A stretch of DNA of 64,000 bases, taken from assembly GCA_040954595.2 (NCBI GenBank), contig CM082590.2, positions 620,001-684,000 of the forward strand. Direction: 5' to 3'. This DNA is from Balanoglossus misakiensis. Taxonomy: Eukaryota > Animalia > Hemichordata. The first letter of the stretch is position 1. Each line of letters opens with the position of its first letter. The position numbers and the translations under genes are program-made. Of this stretch, positions 51,101 through 63,114 are shown one piece after another. The notes beneath the pieces are model-generated. The model ran no database searches and was not told the DNA's origin. It saw only the letters and a list, made by a program, of their open reading frames with translations.

Positions 51101-52862
51101 AATTAAATATGCACAAATCTATCTCCAGGCGAACCAATAGGGCTAGTAGTGTCTCGAAACCCGCTTATTGCTGTTCACAGCTATATTTATTATTATTATT
51201 CTTCTTCCCACTTTTAAAAACAGCCGCTATTCGAAGACCGTTGCACCCAATGACTTGAAATTTGGCTCATAGGTAAAACTCAAAGCAAGTAATTTTCTGA
51301 TCATGTCACTATGGCAACAGGTCACATGACCTGGCAGCCATCTTGGATTTAAACTTTTAAATTGGTCTAATTTGCATAAAAAATGAAGAATCCAAATTCT
51401 GTTCAGAAACTTTGTGGACCATATGGCCAGGGTCCTATATGCCAAATTTCAATGTCTAAGTCCTTGCCGATTTTGAGGAGATGATTTTTAAAGCATTATT
51501 TTTCATATTTTCCATGACCATTGGACCCAGCCATTGGCCTATACTTTCCATGGTTAAGCAATGGCCCCCTAGGATTTTAGATTTATGCCCAATATCTCAA
51601 CATCCGCTGGGCTGATCAGCTTCAAATTTTGTGTGCAGCTAGCCTACGTTCCGACAATCATTTCCAACTGGAAAAAATAATATGGAAAATCGACCGATTT
51701 TTTTATATTAATTTTTTTATGAAATCTATACCTATACTTATTCCACTATACTTAAGCTATGGCCACATAGTTTTGTAGAATTCTGGTCGGTGCAATAGTC
51801 TGCAGCATAGGACCAAAATAAGAAGCCAAATTTAAGGCTCACCTGTTACACCTGCTCAACTCATTAATTATGTGCATACCTAATTCCAGGCAAACCAATA
51901 GGGCTACAGGTCTGGTTTTTGTCGGACATGGACCAGTATGGGGTCAAATTTTTTTCCCAAATTTTGGGTGACCTTGGGTGACCTTTGACCTACTTTCGCA
52001 TATCTCAGCATCCAGAGCAGGAACAGCTCAGGTGTTTGGGTGGATGGGACCAAAATAAGAAGCCAAATTTATGGCTCACCTGTGACACCTGCTCAACTCA
52101 TTAATTATGTGCATACCTAATTCCAGGCAAACCAATAGGGCTACAGGTCTGGTTTTTGTCGGACATGGACCAGTATGGGGTCAAATTTTTTCCCCAAATT
52201 TTGGGTGACCTTGGGTGACCTTTGACCTACTTTCGCATATCTCAGCATCCAGAGCAGGTACAGCTCAGGTGTTTGGGTGGATGGGACCAAAATGAGAAGC
52301 CAAATTTAAGGCTCACCTGTGACACCTGCTCAACTCATTAACTATGTGCATACCTAATTCCAGGCAAACCAATAGGGCTACAGGTCTGGTTTTTGTCGGA
52401 CATGGACCAGTATGGGGTCAAATTTTTTCCCCAAATTTTGGGTGACCTTGGGTGACCTTTGACCTACTTTCGCATACCTCAGCATCCAGAGCAGGTACAG
52501 CTTAGGTGTTTGGGTGGATGGGACCAAAATAAGAAGCCAAATTTAAGGCTCACCTGTGACACCTGCTTAACTCATTAACTATGTGCATACCTAATTCCAG
52601 GCAAACCAATATGGCTACAGGTCTGGTTTTTGTCGGACATGGACCAGTATAGCGTAAACATTTTCTGCTCATATTAAGCGTGACCTCACGTGACCTTTGA
52701 CCTACTTTTCCACATCTCAGCATCCACAGCACATACACCCTTGGCATTTGGAGTGATAGAACAACTAATGCAGTAATTAAATATGCACAAATCTATCTCC
52801 AGGCGAACCAATAGGGCTAGTAGTGTCTTGAAACCCGCTTATTGCTGTTCACAGCTATATTT
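45117..52862 (+). mobile_element. Two nested HINE family C elements (outer head 45117, inner copy 49695-51187, outer body 51188-52862)
   Basis: Head AGGGTTTCGAGACC-agagg-GGTCTCGAAACCCT; tail GTCTYGAAACCC plus GCTGT-TC-ACAGC; satellite monomers at 50401/50638/50876 and 51838/52076/52313/52550. Confidence 0.88.
45167..49686 (+). mobile_element. Three nested HINE family B elements
   Basis: Heads AGGGCCCAAGCC-n5-GGCTTGGGCCCT at 45167, 45218 and 45269; tails GCTTGGGCCC plus GCTGC-TT-GCAGC ending ~46723, ~48282 and ~49686; ~238-bp satellite in each body. Confidence 0.88.
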
Positions 52863-54469
52863 ACAGTTTATAATGATACAACCAGCAGTGTTTTCTCCAG
52901 GACGCGCGATTCCCCCTCTTTTACACTTGAATCATGGCCCCTTTATGAGCAGCCCACCCGGCCAGTACATGTGCGTCAAGCCTCCGTAGCATGCACCGTC
53001 AGTCAAAACACTGGGAAAACGGCCGATATTACTGTGTGCTGGCCTATACATTTTAACTTCCCACCCCCCAAAACTATGTTGTAGATGACTTTCACATTCA
53101 TTCACGTGTAATTTCAGCTCCAGGGCTATAGTGTGCAATTGTTGGAACAGCCTATCTGGACACCGTCTAAATTTAGAGCACATGCTCTGCACTCAAGTGA
53201 TGGCTGAACGTAGCAATTTTATGCAAATTAAAAGAACTGCGTTCATCTCAGTTTTCCATGACCTTGTTTTCTTACTTAGGAAGGGAAGTCATTCAATGTG
53301 TACAGAGACTGTTTATTTGAGTAGTGTTCCTAGCCACAGATGGGAAGTGTTGGCAGAAATCTGAAGGAATATATACTACTTCAATTTATTTCACTATAAT
53401 AATGGTTTCACAATCTATTATTTTGGCAGCTAAAAAAACTGAAACTTTTCAAATCAAACAAAAATTTTTTTACCAGGTTTAGTATTAAAGAAAGACACTA
53501 TTTCTTTGAATAAGTTCATCTGGATTGTAAAATAAGTATGTAAGATAGTTCTTTTTGTCAAATCCAATTAAGACACTATTGTTTTTGCAGTTGCATTTAT
53601 TTTATCCATTTCACTCTCCTTGCCAGGGGAGCAGTTAGTCACTCTCCTACCACTTGTGTAATTAATTTCAGGAGAGTTATTTTCAGCTCTCCAGGCTTTT
53701 TTAAATTACATGCCCTGAAAGTTATGCAAGTTGGTGTCTTCCTCTGCAAAACCTACTAATTTAAAGAAGAAAAAACTGTAACTGTTAATTTGTTGTCAAG
53801 TTCACATGTAAAATGTTGTAATTTACTAATACTGTTTTTAATATGGAATGAAGGCAGTTAGTAAGTTAACGTTCAAAATTGTCATTCGTGACATTTACTT
53901 CGACCAAATCCCCCCTTAATTTTGGACTAAGGGGGGACATTCCCCCTTCTCTGAACACCCTGGAGAAAACATTGGGTTCAACCGGCTGCGGACTCGTGTG
54001 CATTTTGACACGTGTCAGCATAGCAGTATGTATATACCGTAAATTACTGCATTTAAGCGCCACTTTTCAACCATTTCAAATTTTGGTGGCGCCTAAACAA
54101 AGGCAGGAATTTGCCTTTTCAAAAATCTAAGTACTAGAACAGCAATTTTGGTGGAAAAGCTCAAAAATATTGACGACAGGCCGACTTTTAAAGTGCGGCT
54201 CTTGCGTAGCTACCGTAAAATGCGTAGTATGAAGGAAATGATCGATTGTGCGCATCTCTTGTTTTCAGGCGATTCCGCTCAAGTTCAACCCGTACGACGT
54301 CGAAACTTCTACCGATTACTAATGAGTATACCCATCAAATACTGCGACTCTTGAATATCGCGTAGATATCGCGACTATCACTATATCGCGTCTTTTCCGC
54401 AAAGTGATCGGGTAATAGTACCGACCGGATACTGGTCTAGGGGTGTATTCCTTCCTTCCTTCCACCTGG

Positions 54470-56995
54470 CCAAAAATAATCGGGTGCAAATTATAGGGGC
54501 CCCCCATCATTTTTTATTTGGCCATTTTGGCCACTCCGAAGTTGTTTGTTGGCCTATTTACTCCCTTCTCATAGAATATTTTGCTAAAAATATTATTTTT
54601 CTTTGATGTTTTGGTTTAAATGGGGCTCCACCAGAACTAAAATGATGGGGTTCAAATTTTTGGAACCTTCCATCATGTCTTGGGGGGGGGGGGTAATCAT
54701 TTCTGTTTTGGCCACCCTGAAGATACTTGTTCACCTATTTACTATACGGTTAGTATTGTCGTGGTATTTCTTGCAATTTGGTTTGCTCCTTTGGCTTGAA
54801 TGCAGACTGACTGCTGAAAAGTAATGGTGTGCAAAATGTTGGACCCCTTTACCACATTTTTTTGGTGGGGAGTTCCTTATATTTTTTTTGCCAAACTGTT
54901 GTAACAGTTGTTTTTTAATCATAGATTTTTTTCGTTTATTCTAAATTTAGTATACTAAGGTAAATTAAAACTCCTTTATATATAATAAAGTACATAATGT
55001 GTATTTTAGTTTATTTTCCGAGCTACAGTCCCATCTCATAAAATGGACCCTTGAGGCACCCTCCCTACCACGGAAGGTGCAATAAACAACCTAAGAAGCA
55101 TAAGGATTCTTTTCTGATATCTTGGTATTCTCACTCATCATTTTCACAAAAACCAGTTCTGTTTGATCTACTCATCGTCAGTGTCGTTATCTTCAAGAAC
55201 ATTTTCCCTTAATTGCTTTTCAGTCTCCACCATAGCATTTACAGAGGGGAGTACATGGTAAATCATTCTTTGAGCTACTGCAACGTCCCCTACAACCTAC
55301 TTTGCAGCCACATTTGATAAGCTCTAGTACTGCCTATGGTGCAGGGAGAGAAAGACATTTTACTGTATGAAACACGCCATTCTCCGATTTCCACCCATTC
55401 TTTTCGATTGGTGGAAGTTCAGGACAATTTGTTGCGTATGATTTATCCCTCATTGTGATGAAGGGGTGGCACCCTTTTCACAGATCACGCAAATCTTATC
55501 TTGTTTTTATCTGACATATTAATTCTGTAGTTTATTGCAAAAAGTCCAAAAAGCTATCGATCTGGAACGTAACACGCGGCTTACGGTGCTAAGAAAATAG
55601 CCAATATGTATTTAGTAATAAAACTGAGATGTAGTTCATAGACTTGTTTTATTTTCAGTAGTATTGAGCTTCAAAATGAGCCAAATATGATATTGTTAAT
55701 GTTTACCAAAAACAAGTTTTAGAAGTAAGACATAGTTCAAGGGCTTTTTACAGCACTATTACGCTATTGGCGTGAAAAGTTTGAAAATACTACTTTAAAA
55801 TAGACAATACTTCAACTGATATGTACTTCACAGGCTTTATTTACGACAGTATTTAACTTTGAAATGAGTTCAACTGAATATCGTTTTAATACCCCAAAAA
55901 ACAAGTGTTGAACTAAAACGTCCTTCAGAGTTTTTGCACAGACTGATATCAGTGAGAATTTTAGTACAATGGTAAATATCTCAGACATTGATTGTGCTAC
56001 GAAAGAATAAACAACTCTTAACGAAAAAGTTCACATCTACACAGACTTCCACTAATTGCCCCGGGAAAGAGAAAAAAGAGTAACCCTAATATATTATACT
56101 ATTTGGTATAGCCTACTTCACTTTTGTAAACCATAGAAAACATGAGTGTGGTGATGAGTTGGGTGGCGGTCCAAGGTGAGGGGAGGTATCTTATGCAAAG
56201 TCCAAACCAGAGATATTTGTGGTTGATTTGTTAGTGTCATAAATCAACTAACTATATTTATAAAACTAAGATAGCGCTTTAGTATTTGCGACAACTGATA
56301 CAAATGTAGGTAACTGATATGTTTACCCCGTAAACCGTCTAATATTTGAGATTGCCGAAATGTGGAGAGCCCCTAAAATTTGACCTCCCTCATTTTGGAG
56401 CAGTTAGGTCCCCATAGAAGTTAAAAAAGGAAATTGGAAGAAATCCTTTACAAATACACATGTCACACTATGAAGGTTAGATCAATGAACAAATATCTCC
56501 AGGGCTGCTAAAACTAAAGTGACCCCTCTGCAAGAAAATGTGATGGAGGGGTCCAACAAATTGAGTTCCATCAGTTTGGGGATGTTTATTCATCATTGAA
56601 ACCAAAACAGCAAACAAAACAAATAACTGTCCGCAAAAACTCCTACGAGAATACACGAAATAGGTGAACAAATACCGTTAAGATACCGTCGAAATGGAAG
56701 TGCCCCCCCCCCACAAATGTAATAGAGGGGCCCTAAAATGTGCATGTGATCTTTTGTGACCAGGCGGGTCCCAATTTAAGTCAAAACAGCAAAAAAAAAT
56801 CTTTAGCAGAAAATTCTACGAAAATGGAGTAGATAGGTAAATAAATATCTTCGGGGAGGCCAAAACGGGAGTGACCCCCCGAAAAAATATGATGGAGGGG
56901 CCCTTAAAATTGCACCCCATCATTTTCGGGTAGTTTGGTCGACATAGAAGCCAAAACAGCAAAAAAATCAATTTTAGCACAAAAATCCTACGGGA
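54470..56995. repeat. Degenerate fold-back: diverged tandem units at 56300-56995 are inverted relatives of 54470-54900
   Basis: gggccccc..catcattt...tagaatattttgctaaa versus tttagcagaaaattcta...atgatggagggggccc. Confidence 0.45.
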
Positions 56996-57034
56996 GCTGT
57001 TTTTCTTGACATACCATACCGCACTTGGAAAAAC

Positions 57035-58101
57035 TAAATTCGGTCAAAACTTAAAAACTCAACAACCCCTGGTCATATTGATTTGAAAATTGGTATGCAT
57101 GTACCTTTTATTAACCTCACATAGTTCTCTATGTTTTGAGCTAATAGTGTGAATTTTCTATTTTTTATGGATTGTTTTGTCTTTTTTTCCACATTTTTGG
57201 GAAAAAATCTACTTTTCTGGAATTGATCAGCCGACTTCTTTGAAATTTAGTATGGAGCTTCATATAGGTGATCTGAGTTACAAAGTTTTGTTTAAATGGC
57301 TGCAAAATTTGCATATTTATAATTTTGGAGCAATTTTTGCCTTTTTCATCAATTTTTTTTTTTCTTTAAAATCGCTTGTAAGATTGCATTGAAATTTGGT
57401 AGGCATGTTCCTTGGGGTACCCCAAGTAAGATTTGCATGTATGTTTTTCAATCAACTTGAAGAATTCAATAGTATTTTTTTGGGAGATTTTTGCCATTTT
57501 TGGTCAAAACTCTTTCTCAGAACCCTCTACCCTATTGCTTTGAAATTTGACACGAAGGTTCCTGGGTGAGTTGTCATGATGATTTACAAAACCTATGATG
57601 AAAGTGTCAATGTTTTGTTTGGGGCATATTTTCCAATTTTGATAAAAAAATTATATTTCTCAGAAAGTGTATGGCTGACTACTTCAAAATTTGAGTTGTA
57701 AGTTAATGGGATTGGCTTCGTTAGAATTATAATGGAATCAAATCATAGGTAGTTCGGAACTTTTATATTTTGTAGGATATTTTGTCTCATACCACCAAAA
57801 ATTTCATCACAAGAAGAGCAATTACCAGTACATTCTTTGTAATAAAAGAGACCGCACCCCTACTGATATTTGTAAACAAGCAAATTCTTGCATGATTACA
57901 TAACTGGCTAACTTTTATAGAGACCAGCTGTTCCATTTAATGTATGTATAGTACAATGCCATTGGCAGCGTATGGTACTGTCAGTGTTTGCCTGTTGATC
58001 TATCTATGTGTGTGTCTGTCTGTCTGTCTGTCTGTATATATACTCCGGTGGAGACTTTTCTTGCATAGTCACTAAATGGGACCATCGTGATGCGATTTTT
58101 T
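57035..58101 (+). mobile_element. HINE family A body and degenerate tail
   Basis: Similar to 23090-23800 and 40630-40879; ends aaatgggaccatcgtgatgcgattttt. Confidence 0.7.
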
Positions 58102-59081
58102 ACTCTCGTGTATACAAGCGCAGGGCTCCCGTTTGATATTTTATTGTTTATGTGCAGTGCACGCAAAGAGCCAAACAAACTTGTGCGAAATTGTATTTGA
58201 ATTACGTGCAACAAAATAGCGATAGACAAGTTTTCCCTTCATGTGTAGACGACCAAACACAAAAAATGAATTTTCAAGTTATAGTATCATTTACAATTTA
58301 GCAAATGAAGTATAGAAACATAATGAAATAGATCATGTTGGAAGTGGTTTCTCCCCCCCCCCTCCCAATACACATTAGTACAGACAAGGTAGTGAATTCT
58401 TGCGTTATATCATCAAGGAAAATGACCCGAAAGCCCTACTTGCTTTGTTATATCTAATGGTTTCTGCGTGCATAAATTATAGCGCCGACACGTGCTAAGT
58501 TTGTGGCCAAGGTTACCCCACGTACATCACTGTGCGTCCTGCTACAGCATACAAGCGCGCGTACGTGTGTACAGAGCGCCTGACCGGCCAACCTTGAAAA
58601 GGCGCCTGTGTGACAAAATATTTGCGCGCACACATTTTAGTTTTGCATTAAAACGCAAGAAATAGACGATAACGCAAGCCCTGCAAGTGGGATAGAAGTC
58701 ATGTGTGCTATCTGTAACCTTTTGACTTTTTTCATTAATTTTGTTTCCTGTATCATCCATGGTTTCTTGTTCAGCTCCCTACTACCTCAGGATTAAATGC
58801 TTTGCTTTTATCTTCTCTGCAGAGCATTTGTATGTATAGTTAGCTTTGTTATTGTTAAATAAAATTGTGAACAATAATTATGGTTGATACTCATATACAG
58901 GCTTTGTTGACAAGTTAAAGACTAGACATATCTTAAAGCTATCCCAAATAGAACATGAAACCAAAGTTGATACATGGGAGAAAAACATTGAAAAAAAATC
59001 AAAAACTTAGGTTACTTGGGTTTAATTATAGAGTTTAAAAGTTTATTGTACTAACCGAAAGATGTCGTTTTAACTTTTCAG

Positions 59082-59187
59082 TAAGAAACTGCGTGTGAAT
59101 ATAAATGTTCCAATGAAAACAGAACAGAAACAAGAGCAGGAGACAACACATAAACATATTGAAGAGGACAGAAAACTCCTGATACAG
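59082..59187 (+). CDS. CUL1: Cullin-1 exon m ([36 protein letters not shown])
   Basis: TACTAAC at 59049-59055, tttcag| acceptor, CAG|gtagag donor; 106 nt. Confidence 0.96.
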
Positions 59188-60301
59188 GTAGAGTTTGGGA
59201 GACTGTGCCTAGATATAATCTGTACAGAATACTGTAGAACGGGACATTTTCGTGAACTTCGCGAGAGGCAAAAACACGACTATAAAAATTCGCATAAAAT
59301 TGTTTTTTTTGAGATAACGATGCAGTAAGTGAAATACGAGAACGCGAAAATTAATTGTTGCACAACTTTTTATATCGTGAAAATTTCCGTTTTAAAGTAA
59401 TATACCCATTGCAAATCTCACACATGCGCTATTTGTCTACCAGAAGTGCAGAAAGTGTGGTATTTGTAAAAAAAAGTCGCTCCTGAAATGCCACTCTCTG
59501 TTAAGTTTTTTTGACAACTGTATTTAAAAGACAAGGAAACTATTGCAGGGCACATCTGAGAAATACTATTTTAAACACTGAGTTGCATACACAGGATACA
59601 AGACTCATTGCTCAAATACCGCACTTCTGGTCACCAGATTCGCAGCGGGTGTATTGAGATCGTACCCATCCATATCCATATCCTGAAGTTCATAGGTCAA
59701 CTATACATTTTTTTACATGGCCAATTGCAAAGACACACAGTCACAAGACGGTACACCAAATCATGAACAATCAACATAACACACAGATCAAATTAAAGTT
59801 TGTAAAAGACCGATATATGGACTTTGGCAAAAACAGCACTAAGTGACTTCAGGTGTTTTGAAAATTGTAAGCCAATCCTGCCCTACATTTGATACCTGCC
59901 ATATATCTATCTGTCATCTGCACAGAAACTGCGACTAGACATGCAAGAGGTGTTATGTAGATAGACGCAGATACAGGCCCTCCGCCATTTTGTTATCTAG
60001 TTTTCTGACACCCTGAAAGTGGGTTAATGCGCATGTCTGTTGTAAAATTTAGGTAAATTTTCATCACTAGTTGTATTGATTTTACCTTTTGCTCCATCAT
60101 AAACTGCTATTTTTTTAATGTATGTTTGGGAAGGGTAAAAATGGTTGTTTACAAACACGACCGCTTGAGACCAATGAGAACGTTCATTTATTAGCCAATC
60201 AGATTCCACACTTCTAAATATGACGGTTTGCCATTACCTGCTTCTTTGCACTTGTAACTGAGGCAGGGTACTGATGGACTGTTTTTGTTTGCCCTACACA
60301 G

Positions 60302-60415
60302 GCTGCCATCGTACGTATTATGAAGATGCGCAAGGTTTTGAAACATCAGCAGTTACTGAGTGAAGTATTGACACAGCTATCATCCAGATTTAAGCCTAGG
60401 GTACCTGTGATCAAG
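60302..60415 (+). CDS. CUL1: Cullin-1 exon n ([38 protein letters not shown]); NEDD8-acceptor Lys codon at 60323-60325
   Basis: acacag| acceptor, AAG|gtaatg donor; 114 nt; canonical IVRIMK neddylation motif. Confidence 0.97.
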
Positions 60416-60693
60416 GTAATGCTCACATCATACTTCAGCAAACCTTTCACCGCCATGGTTTCGTCCAAATCCATTGTTTGGTAAAGTCTGACCTCTTTAG
60501 AGGGAAATGGGGTTGTCAACTCCAGTTTCTTGTTCTATTCTGGGTAGCTTAATGAAATTCTCAGTTTTTGATCTTTTTAGCAAAGCCTGTGTATGATTAA
60601 TGGCCAATGTTATTGTTGATAAATGAATTCAATCCAGACTTGAATTCAACTTTCAATAATAACACAGGTGATTACTACAAAGGGTTGTGTTAA

Positions 60694-61387
60694 GGTGGCA
60701 TTGCATGAAACCGTCGAGACTTTTTCAGAGGCCTATTTCTCATCAAAGACAACTTTAAAACCCCCATAAACCATATATATTCTGGAAGCTGAGTTTTTGA
60801 ACTTTTGTTTGAGTTGCATATATTATTGATCCCCGAAATGATGGCGTTTTTTGGTTAAAAACCCTATTTTTTGATATTATGTCATTAAATGTAATTTAGG
60901 TGAAAAAGTTGACCATGCATCATGCATCTTAATATGTCATTCAAAACTAGAGTACATGTGCAAAAAACGGTAATTTTGTTTTGCATTATCTGCTTCCATT
61001 GAGGAGTAACAGCGTTTGAAAGTTAGATTTTTAGAAAATTTGATCAAATTCATGGTGAGTTGTATTGAATCAGAGTTTATTCCCGCCAGGGACACTTTAT
61101 CGACTAAAAAAAAACTGTTTTGTTGGATGGGTCATACACAATCCCATGTTAAAATTTGAGTTTAATTCAGCTGAAGTTGTCAAGAGCAGCGAAAATGCAA
61201 ACTGAGAAAAACGGCCATTTGCATTGTTGACACCTATTTGTTAAGCTGTGGACTCATTCAGAAAAGTGCTATTTTTGGGTGATTATGCACCATTTCCGCC
61301 AAGACGTATTAGTCAGGATGTGGATCAGTATTAGACCTACCGATTTATGTAAAAAAGTAAAATCACAACTTTTTATGCAATGCCACC
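60694..61387. mobile_element. Internally deleted copy (694 bp) of the Kolobok-like element at 6620-8562
   Basis: TTAA flanks and the same TIR; joins the host's ~6700 directly to ~7850. Confidence 0.82.
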
Positions 61388-61749
61388 TTAACTTAATACT
61401 GACAGAGCCATTCTTTGCGTGTGTTTTTTCCAGCACTCGAGGTAGTGAAGGGGTTCAAGAATTTGATCATATTCTGTCAGCCTTTTCTTGGAAATTTTAT
61501 GGTGTAGAGGTGTAATTGGCCCCTACCCTTGTAGATATTTTGGGCATTCTGTACAGGGATAAGTGTTTTCCCTGGTGTCCACACGTCTTTGTTAGACTTG
61601 CAACAGTACTGGCATAAATTATTACGTGTGATCAGTTTAAGTGGTCCTGGAACGTTTCAGATTTGAGACGGCTTTTAGCAGCCAGACCTGAGCTGGAGTA
61701 AGGATTAACACCTCTCCGCAACACGTCTATGGGACTGAGCATCAGGGTC

Positions 61750-62735
61750 TATAAGCTTGTTCTCACTAAAAGTTTCGACACTGGTGCTATGCCAGTGTTT
61801 ACTCTCTACAAACACAGGGAATTAGCCCTCAGAATCTCTGTGCGTCCACACACTAAACTTTTGGCCACTGTTTTGAAATAAACACCGTCCAAATGGCCAT
61901 GATTAGCAATACAGCAACATGTTTCAGTTCCTATACCTGCATATGTGTTCTAGACGACTTTGTCGTCTTCATGACAGTTTTGATAATGTTTAGAAGTAAA
62001 TGAACGTTAATCCATAAATGGAAAATGCCTCGGCTTTTCGGCGATCGAGAGAACCTTCTGAATGTTGGTGGCAGACAGAAGTGTTGCAGACCTGGCAAAC
62101 CGTGAATGGTTTGAAAACCACTCGCGTCCAGTGTGATTGACTTCACAATGGAAACTGACCAAAGATAATGGGCTATTCCTCATAAACATAACCAAAAGTC
62201 ACAGCAGGGTGGTGTATGGCAAGCCTCAGGGGTCTTAAGTATAGCAATAGTAGTATATAATGTTGAAGTAGTACGATTATATTTTGATTCGTTAATATAT
62301 TATAAATAAATAGTAGTATATAATGTTGAAGTAGTACGATTATATTTTGATTTGTTAATATATTATAAATAAACTTGACTCTATTAATGGTAACACTGTG
62401 TATATTATGAAAAGCTACAAGTTTATTATAAGTGGACATTATTATTTTATTCTAAAAGCTTATCCATTAATTAACTAAGACAATGGGCTATACCTAATAA
62501 ACATACCCAAAAGTCACTGCAGGGTGGCGCTTTTGAACGGTGTTTGTTTATCTTTGCGTTCTCACTGACTATTTGCGTCAGAGCGCTGGCCCAGCACTGG
62601 CCCTGACCCACCACCCATCGTCGTCACACACCGGCCCAGCACCGGTGTAAAGCGTTCTCACTTGTTTTTTTCCGTCAGTGTCAAATCTACACCGGTGTAG
62701 CACCGGTGTAAACGTGCCAGTGAGAACGCCCTATA
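61750..62735 (+). mobile_element. Probable PIF/Harbinger derivative with a short transposase remnant and a 62-bp tandem duplication (62247-62372)
   Basis: GTTCTCACT / AGTGAGAACGCCCT terminal motifs; 62039-62118 reads RRSREPSECWWQTEVLQTWQ/REWFEN, like the Harbinger transposase N-terminus. Confidence 0.45.
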
Positions 62736-62870
62736 AGCTTTTACTTTGTGAGTGTGCGTGTGTGTGGATACAAAGCAACTCAAAGGATATATCCTCTGTG
62801 TTTACAAATGGCAATAAGTGTCTCCGAAACATTTCGAGTTTAACCCAGTGTGAACCTGGTATAATTCTGA

Positions 62871-62972
<102 letters not shown>

Positions 62973-63114
62973 GTCAATGTTGCTGTCAACCAACCTACCA
63001 ACCAATGAACATAGTCCTAACATCAAACTTGTGCTGAGCACCAGTCTCCACAAGAAAAGGGGAATGTTATTGACTGATGTGGTAGCTGTTTTATTCTTTG
63101 TAGTTCCAACATCA

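Larger units (their letters stand above)
45000..54035. mobile_element. Second family D element, split by the 7.75-kb HINE nest; right TIR not found
   Basis: 45000-45116 joined to 52863-54035 matches 31021-32280. Confidence 0.85.

Noticed and set aside
45167-52862. Simple head-to-tail rolling-circle concatemer or segmental duplication
   Set aside because: Bodies 2 and 3 lack heads at their junctions while the extra heads are stacked at the left, which nesting explains and tandem copying does not
59079-59087. Recursive splice site at cag/taaga
   Set aside because: The donor-like GTAAGA shares its G with the acceptor AG instead of following it (no AG|GT), so splicing does not regenerate a donor
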